In this document: positions 10,061 to 18,848 of the stretch, one piece after another
Layout: the number at the start of each line of letters is the position of its first letter
How positions within the stretch are numbered: position 1 is the first letter of the stretch
IMG/VR virus record: IMGVR_UViG_3300037400_002094
Span: 29,893-93,892 of that record
From: a virus
Lineage: Duplodnaviria; Caudoviricetes
Length of the DNA: 64,000 bases
Reading direction: 5' to 3' (one strand)
The notes under the pieces: generated by a model
The model's database searches: none
The model's input: the letters and a program-made list of their open reading frames with translations, nothing else
Told to the model about the DNA's origin: nothing
Made by a program: the position numbers and the translations under genes

Positions 10061-11083
10061 ATGGAAACTAAGAAATTTAGCGCAAATATTAGCGCAGAGG
10101 AAGTCGAGAGACAGTATGCTGAGATGCATACGCCACAAACAAAAACTAAGAAGACTCAGTTTGACACAAAGAATTATTTACAAGCAAGATTGGGTGAAAA
10201 GGAGACTTCTAAGACCTTAACAATCAGATTATTGCCTATCACCCCAGATAGCAATACAGCATTCCAAAAGATTCACATGCACACTGTTCGTGTAAATAAG
10301 GAGATTTCGCCTAATGGGTGGAAGGCTTTCGTGTGCCCTACAAAGAACAAGGTAGATGGTAAACTGATGGGTGATAAGTGCCCATTCTGTGAGATTTCTG
10401 CCAAGGCAAAGGAGCTTAAGAACCAGGCACTTGACGAACCAACCAAGAAGAAGTACGGTGATGTGGAGTTTTTGAATAAGGCAAAGGACATGTGGATTGT
10501 CCGTTGTATTGAGCGTGGGCATGAGGAAGACGGTGTTAAATTCTGGCTTTTCCCAGACAACAGGCAGGGAAAAGGAGTATTTGACCAGATTAGAAACCTT
10601 GCAAAGGTAAGGAGTGAGGCAGCAGCAGCTAAGGGAAATAACTACAGTATTTATGATGTTAATAACGGACTTGACCTTATCATCACACTGACTAAGGGTG
10701 CTGATGGTAAGACAACCACACTTATTCTTGACAGTGGAATTCCTTCACCTATCACAGAGGACTATGAACTTGGTGAGAGCTGGATTAACGATGAGAAGAA
10801 GTGGTATGAGGTTTATACCGTTAAGCCATATGACTACATGGCTATAGTGGCAGAGGGCAAAGTACCTGTGTTTAACAAAGAACTTAGCAAGTATGTCAGC
10901 AAGGAAGACATGGAGAAGTTGAAGGCTGAGGCAGAGGAAGAGAAACTTGCTGAGGCTGCAACAGCATCAAAGGACTATGGCGCAATAGCAGACGCTGAGA
11001 AAGCTGCTGATGTTGCTACTGATGGAATTATAGATGGTGCTAAGTTTGACACTGAGGATGAAGTTGAAGACCTGCCATTCTAA
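10061..11083 (+). CDS. Single-stranded DNA-binding protein (T4 gp32-like)
   Basis: IRLLP...H...CP...CPFCE zinc ligands, GVKFWLF, acidic tail ending EDEVEDLPF. Confidence 0.8.
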   Translation: METKKFSANISAEEVERQYAEMHTPQTKTKKTQFDTKNYLQARLGEKETSKTLTIRLLPITPDSNTAFQKIHMHTVRVNKEISPNGWKAFVCPTKNKVDGKLMGDKCPFCEISAKAKELKNQALDEPTKKKYGDVEFLNKAKDMWIVRCIERGHEEDGVKFWLFPDNRQGKGVFDQIRNLAKVRSEAAAAKGNNYSIYDVNNGLDLIITLTKGADGKTTTLILDSGIPSPITEDYELGESWINDEKKWYEVYTVKPYDYMAIVAEGKVPVFNKELSKYVSKEDMEKLKAEAEEEKLAEAATASKDYGAIADAEKAADVATDGIIDGAKFDTEDEVEDLPF

Positions 11084-11109
11084 AATAACTTAGGTAAATA
11101 TTGTTATGA

Positions 11110-11727
11110 ATGAACAAACTTTTCTTCTATTATGGGAGTATGAATAGTGCAAAATCACTACGACTCCTTACAACAGCATACAATTTTGAAGAAAATGGGC
11201 TTGATATTATGTGCCTTAAGCCATCTGCTGACACCAGGGATGGCGAAGGCATTATAAAGTCCCGTGTAGGGCTTGAAAGGAAGTGCGTGATGGTTGACCC
11301 AGACGTTAACCTCTATAAGGCTATAAAGGACTACAGGAACATCTTGGAGGCGCAATTCCACAACCTTAAGTGGGTGCTCATAGATGAGTGTCAGTTCTTG
11401 ACCGAGAAACAGATTGACGAGCTGTCAGATGTTGTTGATTTCTTGGGAATAAATGTCATGTGCTTTGGACTCAGAACTGATTTCCAGAGTAAGTTGTTCC
11501 CAGCATCGAAGAGGCTGTTTGAACTAGCTGACGAAATTGAAGAGATTAAGTCAACTTGTCCATGTGGTGAGAGAAAGACATCAATCAATGCAAGGTTCGA
11601 TGAGAACGGTGAAATTGTCACTGAGGGAGAACAGATTATGGTGGGTGGAAATGATATATACAAGTCTATATGTAGAAAGTGCTGGAAGAATAAAATAAGG
11701 GATAAGAAATTAAAAGAAAGTGAATAG
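11110..11727 (+). CDS. tdk: Thymidine kinase
   Basis: YGSMNSAKS P-loop, IDECQFL, FGLRTDF, zinc motifs CPCG and CRKC. Confidence 0.95.
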   Translation: MNKLFFYYGSMNSAKSLRLLTTAYNFEENGLDIMCLKPSADTRDGEGIIKSRVGLERKCVMVDPDVNLYKAIKDYRNILEAQFHNLKWVLIDECQFLTEKQIDELSDVVDFLGINVMCFGLRTDFQSKLFPASKRLFELADEIEEIKSTCPCGERKTSINARFDENGEIVTEGEQIMVGGNDIYKSICRKCWKNKIRDKKLKESE

Positions 11728-11729
11728 AT

Positions 11730-12914
11730 ATGAAACAACCAGTTAAGAAAAAGGAATTTAAGAGGCCAGACATTCACAGTATAAAGGAGAAACTTGGTTT
11801 GAAGATGAAGTCAGATGCTGACCTTGTTATGTCTGCTGCGGATAAGCCAATGGATTTTATACCGCTTCCAGAGGCATTCTCTGATGCTATTAAGCTTCCA
11901 GGAATACCAAAGGGATACCTAACAATTGTTACTGGATGGTCTAACACTGGTAAGTCAACCATAAAGAACTGCCTTATTGCATCATGTATCAATAACGGTA
12001 TACTACCAGTTATCTACGAGACTGAAAACAACTTTGACTTCAAGTATGCAATCGACTGCGGAATGAAGGCTACACCTATCTATGGCGACGTTGAGGTTGA
12101 GGATGTTGACCCAGAGACTGGAGAGATTACTACCCACATGGAGAATAGAATCATCGACTACGATGGACCGTTTATCTACTACGATAATAAGATTCTTGCT
12201 GAGGTCTATGGAAACAGGGACTATTCAACAGGTAAGGAGTCTAAGACAAAGCGTAAGCAGGCTGTTCTTGAGGACATAGCTTATTCAATAACTGATATCC
12301 TCGATGCACAGGACAGAGGTGATATTCAGCAGCCAATCTGCTTCATTTGGGACTCAATCGGTTCTATACAGTCATTCAAGTCACTTGAGAGCAAGACAGG
12401 AAACAACATGTTTGATGCTGGTGCTATTTCACAGGCATTCCAGGACATTATCAATAATAGGATTCCTTCATCAAAGAAGATTAGTGAACCTTATACAAAC
12501 ACATTCTTCTGTGTGAATAAGATTTGGAATGACTCCATGAACTCAATGGGTGGTGTACCTTCAATTGAGTTAAAGGGTGGCAAGACCATGTTCTATGGTG
12601 CTAGATTGATTATCCACCTTGGAGGTATTGGTAAAGCTGCTACTAAGAAGCTTACGGCTACTGCGAAGGGACAGACCTACAACTACGGTATCACTACCAA
12701 GATTAGAACTACCAAGAACCAGTTGCCAACTCCTTGGAATATCACATATGAGGGTGAAATGTCATGTGTACACAATGGTCTGCTAAGCCCAGAGAAGCTT
12801 GATGAATACAAGAAGGTATATGTGAAGGATATACTTACCAAGCTTGAGGAAAATGGTGCTAGCAACATCAGTGAGGCAGACATCAGATTTGCGGAGGAAG
12901 AAGCAGATGAATAA
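11730..12914 (+). CDS. recA: RecA/UvsX-like recombinase
   Basis: Walker A GWSNTGKST, YETEN, FIWDSIGS, GGKTMFY, TKNQL. Confidence 0.85.
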   Translation: MKQPVKKKEFKRPDIHSIKEKLGLKMKSDADLVMSAADKPMDFIPLPEAFSDAIKLPGIPKGYLTIVTGWSNTGKSTIKNCLIASCINNGILPVIYETENNFDFKYAIDCGMKATPIYGDVEVEDVDPETGEITTHMENRIIDYDGPFIYYDNKILAEVYGNRDYSTGKESKTKRKQAVLEDIAYSITDILDAQDRGDIQQPICFIWDSIGSIQSFKSLESKTGNNMFDAGAISQAFQDIINNRIPSSKKISEPYTNTFFCVNKIWNDSMNSMGGVPSIELKGGKTMFYGARLIIHLGGIGKAATKKLTATAKGQTYNYGITTKIRTTKNQLPTPWNITYEGEMSCVHNGLLSPEKLDEYKKVYVKDILTKLEENGASNISEADIRFAEEEADE

Positions 12915-13308
12915 ATTGAAACATCCTTATGAATTATTCGGTATTGAGTGTGGTAAGGGTTGGAAGAACCTTTACCAACCAATACTCGATAAGGTAGAGG
13001 AGATAAACAAGGATAATCCAGACCCCATAGAAATCCTCCAGGTTAATGAGAAATTCGGTAGGCTTAATATCTACCTATCGAGGTATGAGAACGGGTTTCT
13101 GGAGGACATTATGAAGGCTTCAGAGCAATCCTCGCATGTATGCGAGGAATGTGGAGAGCCAACAGAACCAAAAGAGACTATTGGCTGGGTATACCAGTTA
13201 TGCGATAAGTGTTATGATAAATTCAAAGTAAGAACTAAACAAATTTTAGACAGTTATGAGAGTAAAATTAAATCCAGAGAGGAGAATATCAGTAAAGAAG
13301 CTGACTAA
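12907..13308 (+). CDS. Conserved phage hypothetical protein with zinc ribbon
   Basis: Start at ATG 12907 overlapping the recA stop; FGIECGKGW...QVNEKFGRLNIY...CEECG...LCDKC. Confidence 0.7.
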   Translation: MNKLKHPYELFGIECGKGWKNLYQPILDKVEEINKDNPDPIEILQVNEKFGRLNIYLSRYENGFLEDIMKASEQSSHVCEECGEPTEPKETIGWVYQLCDKCYDKFKVRTKQILDSYESKIKSREENISKEAD

Positions 13309-13771
13309 CTCCGACTTGAGTAAAACAGGAAGAACTCACCAGACACATATAGGTCTGTGTGATAGTAGTTTAATCTTCAGAGACCGTGCCAATTCAAGGG
13401 GAAGGAGAAAGACCAAGTATTCTGCGCTACTTATCTACAATGACAGACTCTACATTGAGCCTTGTGAAATTAGAAAAATCACTAGGAAAAATGGAAATCG
13501 TGAGTGTACAAAGGTATCTATGGGTAACAGGAATGAGGACAACCTTATTAAGAGAATTCGTGACATCGCTTCAAACAGCGAGAGAGACTTCTACATGATG
13601 TGGTTTGCATCTGACAACAATGTTCCAGTATTCATGCTATTGAAGGATGGTACTGAAGAGTTCAGTAAGTTCAACGCAATATGCGACTTCAGTAAGATTC
13701 CTAACAAGAAGACTCTTACATTTGCTGGAAATGACGGCGTATTTGAGGAGATAGAATCAGTAATTGGATAA
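13256..13771 (+). CDS. Hypothetical protein, possible EcoRII-N-like DNA-binding domain
   Basis: 171 aa, basic; KKLTNSDLSKTGRTHQTHIGL resembles the EcoRII N-terminal motif KRLSANDTGATGGHQVGL. Confidence 0.45.
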   Translation: MRVKLNPERRISVKKLTNSDLSKTGRTHQTHIGLCDSSLIFRDRANSRGRRKTKYSALLIYNDRLYIEPCEIRKITRKNGNRECTKVSMGNRNEDNLIKRIRDIASNSERDFYMMWFASDNNVPVFMLLKDGTEEFSKFNAICDFSKIPNKKTLTFAGNDGVFEEIESVIG

Positions 13772-13775
13772 TGTT

Positions 13776-14684
13776 ATGAAGTGTTATGAAAAGGTATTTA
13801 CTCCAGAGGAAGCCATTGATATAGTTGAGAATAGGAATGATAACTATAGGAAACTGAAGAAGGACAAGGCTACGGAGTATGCTAAAATGATGAAAGCTGG
13901 CAAGTGGTGTGAAGATAATGGAGAACCAATCACTTTCTATGAAGATGGCAGACTTGCAAATGGGCAGCACAGACTCTATGCATTGCATAAGAGTGGAGTA
14001 CCGTTAAGGTTCTTAGTTGTTGAAGGTATTTCCAAAGAAGCAACAGAAACAATAGATATGGGTTTCAAGAGAAGTTCTGAGGATGCCATAAGATATAAGC
14101 TTAGAGGTACTGACAAGGAACTTGCAGTTGGTGCATATTCAATCACAAAGCAGGTGATGCTTCTCAGAAAGCATTGTAGAGCTAACGGACAGTCACCATA
14201 TAAGATGAATCTGACAGAAGCTGAAACAAGGGATGAATGTTTAAATGATGTCGAAGGATATAATGAGGCTTCTGAATTTGGAAAGAAGATAAAGAAAGAT
14301 AGTAAGGCTATTAAATCGAATGAGGCTGGGTCTATATTCTATTATCTGGTACATGATTTTGGACTCAATAGAGAATATGTGAAGAACTATTTCGAGAAGC
14401 TTTGTTCAGCAGCAAGAAGCGACAAGAGTATTTTCAACACCACAATCTCTAATTTGGCTAAGCCATTAACAAACAGTGAAAGATATGATGAGCTTATTTG
14501 GGGCTGGAACTCATACGTTCGTGGATGCACTAAGAAAAGATGTCAGTTCTCTGGGTGGTTTGAATTACCAGAAGATAAAGAATGCTACGGTGAAAGCTCG
14601 ATAACGTCAATGCCTGGCTGCATTACGGAAGAGGAAGCGTCAGCACCATCTTTTCAAGTACTTAGAGTAACAAATAATTCTTAA
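13776..14684 (+). CDS. ParB/Srx-like N-terminal domain protein
   Basis: NYRKL...YAKMMKAGKW...GEPITF...LANGQHRLYAL...IDMG; ATG 13776 preferred over TTG 13764. Confidence 0.65.
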   Translation: MKCYEKVFTPEEAIDIVENRNDNYRKLKKDKATEYAKMMKAGKWCEDNGEPITFYEDGRLANGQHRLYALHKSGVPLRFLVVEGISKEATETIDMGFKRSSEDAIRYKLRGTDKELAVGAYSITKQVMLLRKHCRANGQSPYKMNLTEAETRDECLNDVEGYNEASEFGKKIKKDSKAIKSNEAGSIFYYLVHDFGLNREYVKNYFEKLCSAARSDKSIFNTTISNLAKPLTNSERYDELIWGWNSYVRGCTKKRCQFSGWFELPEDKECYGESSITSMPGCITEEEASAPSFQVLRVTNNS

Positions 14685-14692
14685 AATATATT

Positions 14693-14740
14693 AAAAAAGT
14701 GAGATAGATTTGGTTATCTCACTTTTTTTGTATACTTTTG
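14693..14740 (+). promoter_or_regulatory. Terminator hairpin fused to a sigma-A promoter (cassette 1)
   Basis: 14-bp inverted repeat AAAAAAGTGAGATA / TATCTCACTTTTTT with TTTG (14709-14712) in the loop and TACTTTTG at 14733-14740 (spacer 20). Confidence 0.75.
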
Positions 14741-14745
14741 CATCG

Positions 14746-14842
14746 TTGTTTGAGTTGTTTTTTAGATTAACCTTTAAATCTAATCGTTGTTTGATTGTTG
14801 ATAACGTTAAGGGTAGGAAAAACTCTTTTCCTACCCTTTTTT
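14746..14842 (+). ncRNA. Candidate small non-coding RNA
   Basis: Lies between a consensus promoter and a strong intrinsic terminator with no plausible ORF; two ATCGTTGTTTGA copies around a 7-bp stem. Confidence 0.5.
14809..14842 (+). terminator. Intrinsic terminator (may also serve the convergent gene)
   Basis: AAGGGTAGGAAAA-actc-TTTTCCTACCCTT followed by TTTT. Confidence 0.85.
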
Positions 14843-14843
14843 A

Positions 14844-16253
14844 TTATTCTTTTCCAGTTGGTGATTTCGGAGGAGTTCCGTACTTTCCGATTCCAGAAGG
14901 GTTATTCCAACGTCCTCTTGGGTTTTCCTTCGTGTATTCCGCTGTTTCGTCTCCGTTTCTCATTTTATGTGCGTATGATGGATTGAATTTGTTTCCAGTA
15001 GCACCATGAGTTGCCGTAATTATCGCATAATCTCTTACCTGTTCTCCAGTATCTTTTACAACGCCACCCTTTTTGTCATGACATACAGCACAAGAGATAC
15101 CACATGGCGATTTAATCTTGTTAAGTTGTTTTGTCAAGGCAGCTACAATAGGTTGGTCAACCATTTTACCGTTCTTTTCGATTTTTGGATATACTTTCCT
15201 TAAGTGTTTAAGAGTATAAGGAGGCTTATCAAGTATCTTTTCACAATATGGATATTCAATCTGGTCTTTCCTGTCTTTCCAGAAGCTGCAAGGACACACA
15301 TAGTAATATCCAGACTCATCATCACTCATGCCCCACCTACCCCATTGAAGGATTGGCACTGTTATGTCATCGGTAGTTCCGTTTACTTCAAGCTTTTTCT
15401 CAACGCTAAATGGAACTTCCTCAGCTTTTTTACTACTCTTTAGATTATTGGCAATTTTCCATTCCTCGTACTCACTATCATATTTATCACTAATGAAGTC
15501 ATAATCAACAACCTGGTGAGGAGCAGCAAAGAAGTTTCTCTTCATAGAATCTATTCCCATTCTATCCAACACCTTATTAGTTGACGCATTTATAGCCATG
15601 ACCTTAGCTGCATCTTCCAGACTTGCAAGTCTTCCGTTTGCAGTATAAGCCATGCACTTCACGCCATATTCCTGTTCAACTTCCTGTGCAAACTTAACAG
15701 CAGCCCTAACAACGCTGTTGGTTGGGAAGTCACCAGCTTCATTAAATCTAACCCATTTTATAGGTGTCTTTGAATTTTTTAGACCATCGATATACATTTT
15801 AGCGATATCGAATATCTTATCTACCTTGTTGGTGGCTATAGCACGATTAACAAGTGTCTGAACTTTTACATTCTTTGAACGTGTGTCCTTAAGACGATTC
15901 TCACCAGCCACAGCATAACATGCAGCCTGTGTCACTGGGCATTGACCAGCAGACGGACAAGCAAATGCGGATGTGAAGTTTATGATAAGTGTATCTGGGC
16001 TTAACTTTGCATTACCTACTGAGAAAGGACCTCCTGCTATCTTCATGTCATTCTTATAACCAGGTAGTTTATAGAAGTCAGCGAATGCCTTGTTGTCTTT
16101 ATTATAGTCCTTGCCATAAAGTTCACTAGCCAAATCTTCAGTTGCCTGGTTAATTTTGTCTTTCAGCTTTGCTGGTAGGTTTCTAGATTGTTCTCCGATA
16201 ACACTTTCTTTTATAATGCGATGTAGTTGCCTATTAGTTAATTTAAATTTCAT
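14844..16253 (-). CDS. GP88-like (phage gene product 88) Cys-rich protein
   Basis: GNAKL...CPSAGQCPVTQAACYA, VRFNEAGDF, MAYT, C-terminal CPC and CGISCAVC; TATTTAT motif upstream on the minus strand. Confidence 0.6.
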   Translation of the reverse strand: MKFKLTNRQLHRIIKESVIGEQSRNLPAKLKDKINQATEDLASELYGKDYNKDNKAFADFYKLPGYKNDMKIAGGPFSVGNAKLSPDTLIINFTSAFACPSAGQCPVTQAACYAVAGENRLKDTRSKNVKVQTLVNRAIATNKVDKIFDIAKMYIDGLKNSKTPIKWVRFNEAGDFPTNSVVRAAVKFAQEVEQEYGVKCMAYTANGRLASLEDAAKVMAINASTNKVLDRMGIDSMKRNFFAAPHQVVDYDFISDKYDSEYEEWKIANNLKSSKKAEEVPFSVEKKLEVNGTTDDITVPILQWGRWGMSDDESGYYYVCPCSFWKDRKDQIEYPYCEKILDKPPYTLKHLRKVYPKIEKNGKMVDQPIVAALTKQLNKIKSPCGISCAVCHDKKGGVVKDTGEQVRDYAIITATHGATGNKFNPSYAHKMRNGDETAEYTKENPRGRWNNPSGIGKYGTPPKSPTGKE

Positions 16254-16272
16254 GATTTTAAATTATTTAATA

Positions 16273-16279
16273 ATAAATA
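16273..16279 (-). promoter_or_regulatory. Putative late promoter (TATTTAT) for the GP88-like gene
   Basis: ATAAATA on + = TATTTAT on -, about 20 nt from the ATG at 16253; back-to-back with a sigma-A promoter. Confidence 0.5.
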
Positions 16280-16289
16280 TCTTAAAAAT

Positions 16290-16320
16290 TTTGTTTTTTA
16301 ACTTTTTTTATATATCTTTG
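16290..16320 (+). promoter_or_regulatory. Bacteroidota sigma-A-type promoter
   Basis: TTTG-N19-TATCTTTG. Confidence 0.85.
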
Positions 16321-16336
16321 CATAAAATAAAAGATA

Positions 16337-17515
16337 ATGAGACAGCCTATAAAGAAAAGAGTTGCTGAGGCAAATAATATCACAACTAACAAATGGATAT
16401 ATACCTTAATAGTTGATGGTAACAACCTGCTTAAAATCTCCCTGGTTGATAGAAGGATGAACGACAGGGGAGAGGTATATGGGGCAGTATTTACATTCAT
16501 ACGCCTGCTTGGAGAACTGTTGAAAAGGAAGGATTTTAACTACTGTATAGTATGCTGGGACGGAAGGGGTTCTGGTGTCCTCAGATGGAAGTACTACGAG
16601 GACTATAAGGCTAATCGTGGTAAGAACTATGAGAACAACGCCACCGAGAAGACAGACTATGAGAAATATATAGAGATTTTCCAGAAGGCTGTGTATGCCA
16701 GTAAGAAGAAAAAGTCTGAAAAGGAAATAGAAGATGAGCTGTTTGAAAGCCAGAAGTATATAATCCAGACTATGCTTGAGGAATTGTGTGTAAGGCAGTA
16801 TGAGTTCGAGAACGTTGAGGGTGATGACCTCATTGCAAATTATGTGAAGAACAAGAAGGACAATGAGAAGATTGTGATATTCTCCTCAGATAGAGACCTA
16901 ACACAGCTTATATCAGAGAATGTATGTGTGTATATACCGAATAAGAGGGATTTAATCAAGGATACTGATACAATTAAGGTACTTGGTATTACGCATGAGA
17001 ATATTGTCTTGGAGAAAATGCTTTGCGGAGACCCATCTGATAACATAAAGGGGGTAAAGGGAGTTGGTCAGCAGACACTTATTAAGTATTTCCCAGAGAT
17101 TGTTGACAGAAAGATTGATTTGGACTTCATCATAGGGCGTTCGAAGGAGATATTGGAGGAGAGGAAGCAGCACAAGCAAAAGCCTCTCAAAGTGCTCGAA
17201 AACATCATTAACGGGGTCACAGATGGTTGCCAGGGGGATAAGCTATATGAGATTAACAGGAAAATTATAGACCTGTCAGAACCATTGTTAACCAAGGAGG
17301 CTGCTGAGGAGTTGAATGATGTGTTGTATGCACCAATAGACACTAGCAACAGGAATGTAAAGACAGCCTATAAGATTGTGAATGACAACAGGATGTTTGA
17401 TTTATTGGATGAGACAAAGTTCGGTGACGTTTTAGCACCATATGGTCGTATAATTTTAATGGAGAATAAGAGATATGAAAATTTTTTGCAAAAATGCGAC
17501 TTTTCTAGCAACTAA
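16337..17515 (+). CDS. 5'-3' exonuclease / flap endonuclease (T4 RNase H / Pol I N-terminal-like)
   Basis: LIVDGNNL, WDG, YKANR, VEGDDLIA, SSDRDLTQL, GDPSDNIKGVKGVG. Confidence 0.9.
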   Translation: MRQPIKKRVAEANNITTNKWIYTLIVDGNNLLKISLVDRRMNDRGEVYGAVFTFIRLLGELLKRKDFNYCIVCWDGRGSGVLRWKYYEDYKANRGKNYENNATEKTDYEKYIEIFQKAVYASKKKKSEKEIEDELFESQKYIIQTMLEELCVRQYEFENVEGDDLIANYVKNKKDNEKIVIFSSDRDLTQLISENVCVYIPNKRDLIKDTDTIKVLGITHENIVLEKMLCGDPSDNIKGVKGVGQQTLIKYFPEIVDRKIDLDFIIGRSKEILEERKQHKQKPLKVLENIINGVTDGCQGDKLYEINRKIIDLSEPLLTKEAAEELNDVLYAPIDTSNRNVKTAYKIVNDNRMFDLLDETKFGDVLAPYGRIILMENKRYENFLQKCDFSSN

Positions 17516-17535
17516 TAATATTAAAGTAAATAGCA

Positions 17536-17898
17536 ATGAGAACTATAAAAGAAGTTGTGAGTAATATTGACCCCAATAGTAAGATTTTCACTGACTTGGA
17601 GGTTAGGTGTGTTTCTATCAAGCGTTTCTACAAGGAGTTGAAACAGCAGGGTAGGATAAGGGACATAGTGCGCCTTAAGTGCTTGTTTCACTATTACCCA
17701 GAGACTATGCTTGAAAAGATTCCATTGAGTCATATAAAGTCTTGTGTGGATAGACCAGATACAGTCAGAATGATGGTATCGAATGACAGGGATTGGTTCT
17801 TCTCGTTTGAGAAGTATGCAATAGAAAAGATGAATGGTAAGGGTACTACTAGTCGTAATTTCTATCTCAAGGACATGTATGAATATTTTGGAATCTAA
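17536..17898 (+). CDS. Hypothetical protein
   Basis: 120-aa ORF filling the gap, phage-like codon use. Confidence 0.6.
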   Translation: MRTIKEVVSNIDPNSKIFTDLEVRCVSIKRFYKELKQQGRIRDIVRLKCLFHYYPETMLEKIPLSHIKSCVDRPDTVRMMVSNDRDWFFSFEKYAIEKMNGKGTTSRNFYLKDMYEYFGI

Positions 17899-17916
17899 TT
17901 TTTTTTTAGCTAAAAA

Positions 17917-17948
17917 TTTGTTTTTTTAACATTTTTTATATATCTTTG
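17917..17948 (+). promoter_or_regulatory. Bacteroidota sigma-A-type promoter
   Basis: TTTG-N20-TATCTTTG. Confidence 0.85.
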
Positions 17949-18011
17949 CTTCAGAAAACTGAAATTGATTTGTGAAATATTTTTTTATTGTTTAACTTAA
18001 CATTTTAATTT

Positions 18012-18833
18012 ATGGAAGTAATTAAGGAAAAGGATTACAAAGAAGAGAGATTTGAGTTTACACTCTACGTTAATGACAACATTATTTGTAAGAGAAACTT
18101 TAGAATCTTCAACTTCATTGAAAACAGTATGAACACCTTGAATTTCAAGTTAAAGGTCGATGAAATCGTCAAATTGATAGACGATGACTTGAAATCAAAG
18201 AGTAGAGTTTACACATGGTATTACTACAATCCAGCAGACCCAGTGCCAGGAGACGAATTCGATTCCAAGTTGATTGAGCCTTGGGCTTGCACCTTCAAGT
18301 TCGTAGTGTCTGACAACAAGCGTGATGTCATCACGAGAATCTGGGATGGTTACGCATATCCTAAGGCAATCCGTGAAAAGGTAGACCTAAGCAACAAGAG
18401 CGTGAAGGTGACTGGAAAGGACGGGCAGACATTCGTTTACGACAAGGAGTCTTTCTTTAAGGCAAATGAGGGTAGACTATCATTTGAGCATGAGGTATTG
18501 AGAAGTATGATTATCGACAAACCAGACGTGCTTTTACAGATTACCAAAAAGATTTGTGAGGCTTGCTCGCCATCACGTGAGGAAATCAAGGAGAAGGGCT
18601 ACTTTGACCCAAAGGACAACTCCAAGTATCTTAGCCAGTTCACCACTGTGGAAGAGTACTTTCCAGGCTCAACCAAGGAAACGGCAGAGGATGGGACTGT
18701 AGTGTGCAAGAAGATTGGTAAGCCTAAGAAGTATGCTTACAGTCTGTATCTTGCAAATAAGAGGAATGAGAACGCATGGGGACGTGCGGTAGCAGAGAAA
18801 ACTAAAAAGTATCTAAGGTCTTTATATTATTAA
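18012..18833 (+). CDS. Conserved hypothetical protein upstream of the helicase
   Basis: 273-aa ORF, first gene after the promoter. Confidence 0.7.
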   Translation: MEVIKEKDYKEERFEFTLYVNDNIICKRNFRIFNFIENSMNTLNFKLKVDEIVKLIDDDLKSKSRVYTWYYYNPADPVPGDEFDSKLIEPWACTFKFVVSDNKRDVITRIWDGYAYPKAIREKVDLSNKSVKVTGKDGQTFVYDKESFFKANEGRLSFEHEVLRSMIIDKPDVLLQITKKICEACSPSREEIKEKGYFDPKDNSKYLSQFTTVEEYFPGSTKETAEDGTVVCKKIGKPKKYAYSLYLANKRNENAWGRAVAEKTKKYLRSLYY

Positions 18834-18848
18834 TAGGAGGTTTATACG

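Noticed and set aside
14710-15009. Plus-strand ORFs 14710-15009 and 14795-14986 as products of the orphan promoter
   Set aside because: TTG starts lie inside the promoter or the repeat; both run through a strong terminator and overlap the GP88-like gene antisense.
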